IMG/VR virus record: IMGVR_UViG_3300048579_000179
Coordinates: 1 to 29,277 of that record
Direction: 5' to 3' (one strand)
Origin: a virus
Taxonomy: Duplodnaviria > Caudoviricetes
DNA length: 29,277 nucleotides
A program made the position numbers and the translations under genes. Below, piece after piece: positions 9,855-16,504 of the stretch (positions are counted from its first letter, which is position 1; each line of letters opens with the position of its first letter). The notes under the pieces were generated by a model. That model did no database searches. It worked only from the letters and a program-made list of their open reading frames with translations, and had not been told where the DNA came from.

Positions 9855-10039
9855 TTGTGCCGCTTCTTCGCTTCAGCTTCCATTTCACGTTGTTTGGCCA
9901 TGTCATAGCTGCGCATGGCGCTGATGGCATTATCGGCCACCGATCCGCCGGTGATGAGCATCCGGCTGAACCGGTCTTTTTTAAAGTAGTCGTCCGTGTC
10001 GAGTCCCAGCTTGATGCCGGATTCAGGGTAGTTGGTCAT
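9851..10039 (-). CDS. Chimeric 62-aa ORF: tape-measure N-terminus fused in frame to a copy of the chaperone-extension C-terminus
   Basis: MTNYPESGIKL is identical to the tape measure start; the remainder GLDxDDYFKK...EAEAKKR matches 10518-10672. Confidence 0.85.
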   Translation of the reverse strand: MTNYPESGIKLGLDTDDYFKKDRFSRMLITGGSVADNAISAMRSYDMAKQREMEAEAKKRHK

Positions 10040-10672
10040 CGGTGGCCTTCTAGACTATCAATCCATTCCTTTTGTGGACTGCCTTGGTCAATAGCACTGG
10101 CGTTTCCTTCATAATTGCGCCGGACTTTGACAAGTTCTTTAGCTTCCGCCAGTGTTAATCCACGCTGCAAAACATAGTAGGCAAGCAGTATCAATCCAGT
10201 TCGCCCTATGCCACCACGACAGTGAATATAAACAGGGTAGTCTTGATAAGAACCAGTCAGATAACCGACGGCAAGCGCTGCAATACTATCTGTCGGCACA
10301 CCGCAGTCCGGTATCGACGCCATTAGATGTCTATCACCCCACTGCATATCGGGGTAAGTTTCAAAATTACGTCGTGTCAGGCTAAGGATGTTTTGAACGC
10401 CCATTGAACGAAGGATAGCTAAATCTTCCGGCAGTTGAGGGATGCTTCCGGCCAAAATCTTGTCGTTCTCAATCCATGTGTAAGTGAATGGAACTCTTGT
10501 CATTCGCGTCACTTCCTCTTCTTCGCTTCAGCTTCCATTTCCCGTTGTTTGGCCATGTCATAGCTGCGCATGGCGCTGATGGCATTGTCGGCCACCGATC
10601 CGCCGGTGATGAGCATCCGGCTGAACCGGTCTTTTTTAAAGTAGTCGTCCGGGTCGAGTCCCAGCTTGATGC
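9863..10672. repeat. 155-bp direct repeat (9863-10017 and 10518-10672) flanking the phosphatase; also a 29-bp repeat (9826-9854 and 10011-10039)
   Basis: Manual alignment shows 3 mismatches in 155 bp; the 29-bp copies are identical. Confidence 0.95.
10036..10512 (-). CDS. Dual-specificity/protein-tyrosine phosphatase family protein
   Basis: Catalytic CX5R loop IHCRGGIGRTG, plus ILAGSIP and IPDCGVP. More AT-rich than its neighbours and coupled on both sides (GTGA, ATGA). Confidence 0.92.
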   Translation of the reverse strand: MTRMTRVPFTYTWIENDKILAGSIPQLPEDLAILRSMGVQNILSLTRRNFETYPDMQWGDRHLMASIPDCGVPTDSIAALAVGYLTGSYQDYPVYIHCRGGIGRTGLILLAYYVLQRGLTLAEAKELVKVRRNYEGNASAIDQGSPQKEWIDSLEGHR

Positions 10673-10787
10673 AGGCTTGGAATTCAGCCCAGAGGTTGTC
10701 GCTGGCGGTGATGCGTGGCCCTTCGTGGAAAACCGCGTGGTTACCGAGCCACGCGTCCAGCGGCGCGTTCTGATAGGACAGGCCGAA
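10509..10787 (-). CDS. Tail assembly chaperone extension (gpT-like), likely reached by frameshift
   Basis: 92-codon frame FGLSYQNAPLDAWLGNHAVFHEGPRIT...AEFQACIKLGLDPDDYFKK...KKRK* with no ATG or RBS near its 5' end. It overlaps the chaperone gene in the +1 frame and is absent from the ORF track. Confidence 0.75.
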   Translation of the reverse strand, partial: FGLSYQNAPLDAWLGNHAVFHEGPRITASDNLWAEFQACIKLGLDPDDYFKKDRFSRMLITGGSVADNAISAMRSYDMAKQREMEAEAKKRK

Positions 10788-11352
10788 AGAAGCGGATGCC
10801 AGCCGTCACCTCGTCCGGCGTCAGTGCAACCGTCTGGATGGCCAGTTGAATCAGCCGCCCGTATTCATTCGCCGCCACGGCCAGCTTGTTGTTCTCGTCC
10901 ACCGTCGGTTGGTTCCACGTCAGCACGATGTGAAACAGCACCGCTTCATAGTCGTCATCCGGCAGGTTGGCAATCTTGCGCAGGCTGATGAGCTGCGGCA
11001 TGAATCCGGCTACCAAGTCCTGCGGCGTCGGGTATTTCGGGAAGCGCACCGCATAATCAAAAATAGCGCGGTCAGCCCACGTTTTGCGCTGGGCGTCCAC
11101 TGCCGCACAATCAGCAAGATACTGCGGGTTGTCTTCCGCAGGCGTCATCTGATTGTCCGAAAAGCCGTTTTCTTCCGGCTTCTGATACGGTTTCTTGTCG
11201 GGATACGGGAATAAATCTGCCGCTTTGAGCTGCACCGCTCGCAGCGTCGGCAGGTTGACCGGCGTGATGTGTGCCACCACGCCGGACTGTGTTTCGTAAA
11301 TGGTGATGGCCGGGCGGCCAGTCCCGTTGGCTGCGTCATTACCTGACATCAT
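10741..11352 (-). CDS. Tail assembly chaperone (gpG-like)
   Basis: Lies between tail tube and tape measure, has an AAGGAG RBS, and overlaps a start-less downstream frame. Confidence 0.75.
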   Translation of the reverse strand: MMSGNDAANGTGRPAITIYETQSGVVAHITPVNLPTLRAVQLKAADLFPYPDKKPYQKPEENGFSDNQMTPAEDNPQYLADCAAVDAQRKTWADRAIFDYAVRFPKYPTPQDLVAGFMPQLISLRKIANLPDDDYEAVLFHIVLTWNQPTVDENNKLAVAANEYGRLIQLAIQTVALTPDEVTAGIRFFRPVLSERAAGRVAR

Positions 11353-11373
11353 GACTCCTTTTTGAGTGGACGG

Positions 11374-12930
11374 TTACTGCGCCGGACGAACCATGCCGAT
11401 GAACGCGTATGTCCCGTGTGTTGGCCCCACACAAATCGCCATGTTCTCATTGGCCGCCGCAATCGACACCATACCGAAGTTTCCGGGCGTCACATAGTCG
11501 CCGATGATTTCCACATCGTTGGCCAGTGCGCCGCCGCTAAAATCGCGCAGGACACGGCTGCTGCCGTCGGTGTAGGACTGCACCACAAACAGCGTGTTAC
11601 CCTGATAGCCGATGAAATCCATATCGGCAATCGAGCCAATACCCGCCTTATCGAACTTCATGTTCTGGAACACCGGCTTGACGGCGTTGATGTTGCGGCT
11701 GCGCCAGATTTCGCCGCCTGCCGTGCCCAAATACACTTCATCGCCGCGTGTGGAGGGCGTCCGGATGCTGTTGATGTTGGACGACAGCACGTTCAAGCTG
11801 GCATCCTTGACACTGACGACCGCGCCGACGAATGACGCCGCGCCCGGCACCTTGGACAGACGAATAAGCGTGCCGCTGTTGCCGCCGACAAACGCGTTGC
11901 CACCCGGCTGGGCATCAATCGCATTCAGGTTGTTGCTGGTCAGTGCGCCCGTGTCATAAATCTTGCTGAAGCTGACACCGCCGTCGGTGCTCAACCAGAT
12001 ACGACCACCCGCGCCGACCGCCAGAATGGTCGCTGCATCCACCGCCACCGCATACTTGGGGAAGTTGGTGCCGGATTCGGAAATGCCGCTGGCCGATGCC
12101 CACAGCAGCGGATCCGTGATGCCGTTGTAAATGTCGGCAAGCTGTGCATAGACCGGCGCTTTGGTGTCACTGAAGACCACCACGCGGCTGCCTGCCAGCA
12201 CCACATCCAGTGCATCCGAACCAATCAGCGCACCGATGCGCACACCGGTACGGGTCACCCAGCGGTCAGTGGTGTAGTACAGCCACGGAGCCGAGCCGCC
12301 GCCATAAGCCGGTGATGCATCTTTGAGCGTCACGGCCAGCCATGCATCTTCCTCAGTGGTGCCGAGTCCGCAGGCCCCTTGGCAGGTTTCGGCGCTGATG
12401 TTGATGACCCGCTTGAAGGCCACGTCACTGGTCGTCAGACTGATGTCGTCATGCGCCAGCGGCGTCCATTTGGCTTCGAGCGAAGCGGCCAGCGCGGCGG
12501 TGCGGTTGACATCGGTGGCCTGTCCATCGTTCATCGCCAGCCCGTTGTCATATCCGAAGCTGGTGATGGTCGCCTGCAAATAACCAATCATGCCCGGCGA
12601 CACATACGCCGTCATGTTGGCGCGGTTCGGGCTGCAGTACTGGCGGCTGCGGATGTTGAAGGGGCAGTTCAGCCGCTTCAGCGCGTTTTCTGAACTGAGG
12701 GGATAGGTCAGGGTGGCCGTCCAGTCATCCGGATTGCCGGTGTAAATCAGCGTGCGCGGTGAAAGTCCGCCTCTATCGTCACGCCCCCACATGGTTGAAC
12801 GGGCACGCGCACCGCCCGACGGCGCATCCAGCATCCCGTTCTGGTCAAATACCTGCCACGGATTGCCCGGGCCGCCCGGCTGAATGTCTACGGTACTGGC
12901 GTCGCCGCCATTTTTCCAAGGTACTGGCAT
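11374..12930 (-). CDS. Major tail (tube) protein with C-terminal Asp-box/BNR beta-propeller
   Basis: Synteny (neck, this gene, chaperone). The C-terminal ~330 aa contain blade repeats AVGAGGRIWLSTDGGVSF, FVGGNSGTLIR and YLGTAGGEIWRSRN. Confidence 0.65.
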   Translation of the reverse strand: MPVPWKNGGDASTVDIQPGGPGNPWQVFDQNGMLDAPSGGARARSTMWGRDDRGGLSPRTLIYTGNPDDWTATLTYPLSSENALKRLNCPFNIRSRQYCSPNRANMTAYVSPGMIGYLQATITSFGYDNGLAMNDGQATDVNRTAALAASLEAKWTPLAHDDISLTTSDVAFKRVINISAETCQGACGLGTTEEDAWLAVTLKDASPAYGGGSAPWLYYTTDRWVTRTGVRIGALIGSDALDVVLAGSRVVVFSDTKAPVYAQLADIYNGITDPLLWASASGISESGTNFPKYAVAVDAATILAVGAGGRIWLSTDGGVSFSKIYDTGALTSNNLNAIDAQPGGNAFVGGNSGTLIRLSKVPGAASFVGAVVSVKDASLNVLSSNINSIRTPSTRGDEVYLGTAGGEIWRSRNINAVKPVFQNMKFDKAGIGSIADMDFIGYQGNTLFVVQSYTDGSSRVLRDFSGGALANDVEIIGDYVTPGNFGMVSIAAANENMAICVGPTHGTYAFIGMVRPAQ

Positions 12931-12943
12931 AATAGTATCCCTC

Positions 12944-13447
12944 TCACGCTACACGACTAATTTCGGTTTGAACCCGGCTCTGCAAGGTCGGAATCAACTT
13001 CTCCAGATACGTTTCCATAAACTTCCGCGGCGCGATGCCCGGATGCACCACCTGCTGCTTACTGACCCATTTCCCGAAGTGCTGTCCGGTGCCCTTGTTG
13101 TACTGGGCTATCGGCATGGTTCGGGCGCTGTAACCCACCTGAAAGCGCAGATACTTACCCGGCACCACCACTTTAGGGATGAGATACGGCCCCTTCGTGC
13201 CCTTATCCACATACCCGAAAATCTTCAGGACACGCTTTGTCCCGCTCGGCTTAATCAGCGCTTCGATGCGGCGTTCATCAACCGTCAGGGTTTCCTTAAA
13301 ATCCGGTCGGTTGCGCCACTGCCGCACGGTGTCACGGCTGGTGGACTGTAAATCATCCGAGGCATTCTGGATTGCCTGTAAGGTTGCCCCGCGCACCCGC
13401 CGGTCAATGTCTCGAATGGTCTTACCTGCCGCTTGAAGTGCCATCAC
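12944..13447 (-). CDS. Neck/tail completion protein (HK97 gp10-like)
   Basis: Basic 167-aa protein with YVDKGTKGPYLIP and VVHPGIAPRKFM motifs. Confidence 0.75.
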   Translation of the reverse strand: MMALQAAGKTIRDIDRRVRGATLQAIQNASDDLQSTSRDTVRQWRNRPDFKETLTVDERRIEALIKPSGTKRVLKIFGYVDKGTKGPYLIPKVVVPGKYLRFQVGYSARTMPIAQYNKGTGQHFGKWVSKQQVVHPGIAPRKFMETYLEKLIPTLQSRVQTEISRVA

Positions 13448-13453
13448 CCACCC

Positions 13454-13484
13454 AATAAAAAAGGACGGTCTGCATGGCCGTCCT
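13454..13484 (-). terminator. Intrinsic terminator immediately upstream of the tail genes
   Basis: Minus strand AGGACGG-ccatgcaga-CCGTCCT-TTTTTATT. Confidence 0.8.
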
Positions 13485-13596
13485 GACTACGGTGTCCTGA
13501 CTTGTTTGTAGTTTCGTTAAGGGCGGGATGAGCCGCCCCACGAAATAACCGTGTGCAATAGTCAGGGTGTTGCACCACATGCCTGTGTTGGTTATT
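13454..13596 (-). ncRNA. Candidate ~140-nt structured leader or small RNA
   Basis: Begins ~7 nt after an extended -10 and ends at a terminator. Stems AATAACC/GGTTATT and GTGCAA/TTGCAC close the loop CACCCTGACTA; a second stem is TTCGT-GGGCGG/CCGCCC-ACGAA. No ORF is evident. Confidence 0.6.
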
Positions 13597-13602
13597 GAAA
13601 GT

Positions 13603-13611
13603 AGTATAGCA
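13603..13611 (-). promoter_or_regulatory. Extended -10 promoter (TGcTATACT)
   Basis: Near-consensus TGn-TATAcT in an intergenic gap; no -35 box found. Confidence 0.6.
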
Positions 13612-13631
13612 AAGAACTTCTAACGGCGTGT

Positions 13632-14309
13632 TTAGCGCACACTGCCAAAAGCCGCTGGATACTTGCTGCGGGCAAGGTCATGGTAGAACGTCCAGTAGGC
13701 GGTCGCTTTGGCTGTCCGTTCATTGCCGTTCGGATGCAGGTAGCGGTCATAAACCGTGGTTTCCACATACTTCGGGCGGATGCCTGCGTGGGTCAGTGCG
13801 CACTGGAAGGCGTAGTCTTCAGCATAGGCAAAGTCGGGGTCATAACCACCCACTTTAAACCAGTCGTGTGAAGAAAAAGCAAATGTCACACCCGTGATAT
13901 TTTTTCGCGCCAGCGTGCCCGCCGGACACCCCTTGACCAGCCGTTCCTGTGGGCCGTCGTGTTCCACATAATCGCCGTACACCCACGTGCCGGGTTCATA
14001 GGCCGCCTTCAGCGCCGAGATGTCCCGCAGTTCGTCATCGGCATCCAGCGGGATAATCAGGCCGTCTTCAGCCAGCGTGCAGAGATAATTTCGCGCACCA
14101 TTCACGCCCATTGGCACATCGGTGATGCTGTTTAATAAGCACACGCGTGGCCGCTGGCCGGCTGCCCGCAGTGACCCATCGGTGCTGAAATCATCGTAGA
14201 CCAGCACCATATCGACACCAGCAGCCAATGCGCTGGTGACAGCCCGTTCAATCGTCTTTTCCGCGTTGTGGCACGGAATAATGCAGGTGGTTTTAAGTAT
14301 CGCTGTCAT
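13632..14309 (-). CDS. Glycosyltransferase family 2
   Basis: Motifs IIPCHNAEKTIERAVTS, YDDFSTDGS, GVNGARN, LDADD and GGYDPDFAYAEDY. Confidence 0.93.
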   Translation of the reverse strand: MTAILKTTCIIPCHNAEKTIERAVTSALAAGVDMVLVYDDFSTDGSLRAAGQRPRVCLLNSITDVPMGVNGARNYLCTLAEDGLIIPLDADDELRDISALKAAYEPGTWVYGDYVEHDGPQERLVKGCPAGTLARKNITGVTFAFSSHDWFKVGGYDPDFAYAEDYAFQCALTHAGIRPKYVETTVYDRYLHPNGNERTAKATAYWTFYHDLARSKYPAAFGSVR

Positions 14310-15078
14310 TTTGTGCAGCCTTTCTCTTTGCCCAAGCCGCCTTCATCGATTCGCTTCTTTTCTTGCGGGTTTCATCACTAATATTTTTTGAAGCCTCGCT
14401 GATTTTAAGACGTGCTTCAGGTGTATGACGTCTCCCTTTTCCCGCTAAACCGATTTTGATACGCGTTTCCGCACTAAGTGGTGGGTGGGTTTTACCTTTT
14501 TGGGCAATGCTTATTTTTCGTCTAGTTTCATCACTCAGCGGATGATGCACTCGATTCTTAGCTGCTACACTCATTTTCCGCCTTGTTTCATCGCTCATTG
14601 GAGGGCGCGATTTAACTGCATCGCTTATTTTCCGTCGAGTTTCCGCGCTAGCAGGTGGTTTATTCCTTTGCGCCACACTCAAATGTTGACGGTGCTGAAT
14701 GCTAAAAACTTTTCCTTTGGCAATTTCACTCATTTTGTGTTTGGTAGCTTCTGAATGAACATGAGTGCGGCCACGCATTGGTGCGGTTGCATCAATTGCG
14801 ATGTTGTAACACAAACCTTGTTCAATATAAATATCAAGGAAATGTTGTTCTCGTTCATCTAATTGTTCAACCGGACAATATTCCAACACTTGAAATTTAA
14901 ACGATTCCGCGCCGTATTTCAGCCATGCTCTTTGTAGATATAGGTTGTAATGAGTTCCTGCCTGCAATGACCTTTTGTGGGTTATCCAGCGCGTTCTAAT
15001 GTTTTGAGACTGACCGAGATAAACTTTCTTTGACTTAATGTTGACAATGATGTAGATACCCGAAGTCTTTGTAGCCAT
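14293..15078 (-). CDS. Free-standing GIY-YIG homing endonuclease with NUMOD3 repeats
   Basis: SGIYII...VYLGQS, RWITH, EREQ and CYN motifs, then ~8 repeats of the SxETRxKIS type. AT-rich; start set to ATG 15078 behind a GGAAGGA RBS. Confidence 0.93.
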   Translation of the reverse strand: MATKTSGIYIIVNIKSKKVYLGQSQNIRTRWITHKRSLQAGTHYNLYLQRAWLKYGAESFKFQVLEYCPVEQLDEREQHFLDIYIEQGLCYNIAIDATAPMRGRTHVHSEATKHKMSEIAKGKVFSIQHRQHLSVAQRNKPPASAETRRKISDAVKSRPPMSDETRRKMSVAAKNRVHHPLSDETRRKISIAQKGKTHPPLSAETRIKIGLAGKGRRHTPEARLKISEASKNISDETRKKRSESMKAAWAKRKAAQNDSDT

Positions 15079-15112
15079 AGCGTAATTCCTTCCGCTAATC
15101 AATCCTTTTGAG

Positions 15113-15170
15113 GGTGACGGGAAGTCGGTGGATTAAGCCGACTTATTGGGAGCTACCCTATCCCGTCACC
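15113..15170 (-). ncRNA. Candidate three-way-junction RNA upstream of the GIY-YIG gene
   Basis: GGTGACGGG/CCCGTCACC stem enclosing GGGtagctCCC and AAGTCGG-cttaatcca-CCGACTT; TATAAT lies at 15175-15180. Confidence 0.6.
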
Positions 15171-15184
15171 TATAATTATATCGC

Positions 15185-16345
15185 CTAAAAGAAAGAATGC
15201 CCCTTCTCGACACGCCGGTCCATAACTACCGTCCACGCCAGCACTTGTCCCGCACGAGCGCCATACCCCGACGAGGACTGCGCCTGTGTCGCCACCGGCA
15301 CCACCGCCCCGCCGACACTTTCGACGAGCGGCTTGTGATACTGGTTCCACATGTCCAGCGTCCAATACGACATCTTGGTCAGTTTGGGCATCATCGACGC
15401 TGCCGCATAGGCTGCGCAGGCTTGGTACAGTTCATTGTCAATTTCGTTGTTGACCAGCGGCGAACCGGCGTAATAATTCACTTCAATCCGCTGCGGACGG
15501 TCTGTCCAGCACACGGTTTCGCACAGGTCGCCCAGCCGGAACGCGCCCAGTTCGGCGTCCATCAGTTCGCCGCTGTAGGTTTGCAGCACTGTGCCGTCGG
15601 CAGCTTTCAGACTGATGCTGGCGCTGGTGTCGGTATACACGCGGTACACATCCACCGCCGTGACAAAATTCTGCACCACACTGGTATCCACCACATTCGG
15701 GCTGTTGAAGTTGGGGTCATTCGCCACATATTCCCGTGCCCACTGCGTCGGTTTGACGAACAAAGCGCGATGTCCGGTAATCGTCACCACGCCGCCGCTG
15801 CTGGTGATGGTCAGCGGTTCAATCTCATAGCGAGTGTCGCCTGCCGTCGGCGCACCGTCTGCCGTGCGGAAGTACAGCTTGATTTCGCCATTCGCCACTG
15901 TCGTGTTGACCGTAACCGTCGCCGTGTCATTGACGCCCACGCCGTTCGGATCACTGTAGACCACATTGACACCGGCTGAAATCAGCGACGTAGCCCGCTG
16001 ACCCAATGAAATCACCTTGGCGTAGCGCGTCTGGTGAATCTGGCGCTGTATCGGTCGTCCCTTGCCGATGGGTATTGTTTCGCTGAAGTAGGCCGGATTA
16101 ATCCAGTAGTTCAAATCCTGCGCCATGCGTCCGGCAGCCGCTTCGAGGTTCCGCGCGATATATTCCCGCTCTTTTTGCAGGTAGACCGCGCCGCCCTTGT
16201 CATTGGCCGTCTGGATGGGTGCGCCGAGTCCCGCGCACTGGTTAAAATGCCAGATATCTTCCATCATCAAGCGCGGCCACGCATTCAGGTAGTGATGGTT
16301 CCGCCCGGGGGTGTAATTGCTGCTGGGAGTAAGCGCGATAGCCAT
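15185..16345 (-). CDS. Head-tail adaptor/connector-like virion protein
   Basis: EYIARNLEAAAGRMAQDLNY...YFSET and IEVNYYAG...LYQACAAYAA resemble adaptor N- and C-terminal motifs around an inserted beta domain; upstream of the neck gene. Confidence 0.6.
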   Translation of the reverse strand: MAIALTPSSNYTPGRNHHYLNAWPRLMMEDIWHFNQCAGLGAPIQTANDKGGAVYLQKEREYIARNLEAAAGRMAQDLNYWINPAYFSETIPIGKGRPIQRQIHQTRYAKVISLGQRATSLISAGVNVVYSDPNGVGVNDTATVTVNTTVANGEIKLYFRTADGAPTAGDTRYEIEPLTITSSGGVVTITGHRALFVKPTQWAREYVANDPNFNSPNVVDTSVVQNFVTAVDVYRVYTDTSASISLKAADGTVLQTYSGELMDAELGAFRLGDLCETVCWTDRPQRIEVNYYAGSPLVNNEIDNELYQACAAYAAASMMPKLTKMSYWTLDMWNQYHKPLVESVGGAVVPVATQAQSSSGYGARAGQVLAWTVVMDRRVEKGHSFF

Positions 16346-16354
16346 AGGCCGCCT

Positions 16355-16501
16355 TCATTCAAATAAGCTGCCGCGCGTGTCCATCCGCAGTTCGTGGTAA
16401 CACCACCGGCAGTAGGCTTTCAGGTGTGCATTCCGTGCCAGATAAATCGGTCGTGAATGCCACCCTATTTTACAAAAGATGAGATGCAGCACGCGGCGCA
16501 T
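16355..16501 (-). CDS. Small 48-aa Cys/His protein (not in ORF track)
   Basis: MRRVLHLIFCKIGWHSRPIYLARNAHLKAYCRWCYHELRMDTRGSLFE fills the intergenic gap and has a C-x4-H...CxxC motif. Confidence 0.7.
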   Translation of the reverse strand: MRRVLHLIFCKIGWHSRPIYLARNAHLKAYCRWCYHELRMDTRGSLFE

Positions 16502-16504
16502 GGC

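Noticed and set aside
9863-10672. IS element or composite transposon carrying the phosphatase
   Set aside because: The flanks are direct copies of phage coding sequence; there is no transposase or terminal inverted repeat.
13454-13596. Known riboswitch, tRNA or ANTAR site
   Set aside because: It lacks the conserved cores I know for these classes and the loops do not fit the ANTAR A-x-x-G pattern; an Rfam search is still needed.
14293-15180. Group I intron around the GIY-YIG gene
   Set aside because: The flanking genes are complete and unrelated, and there is no room for an intron core.
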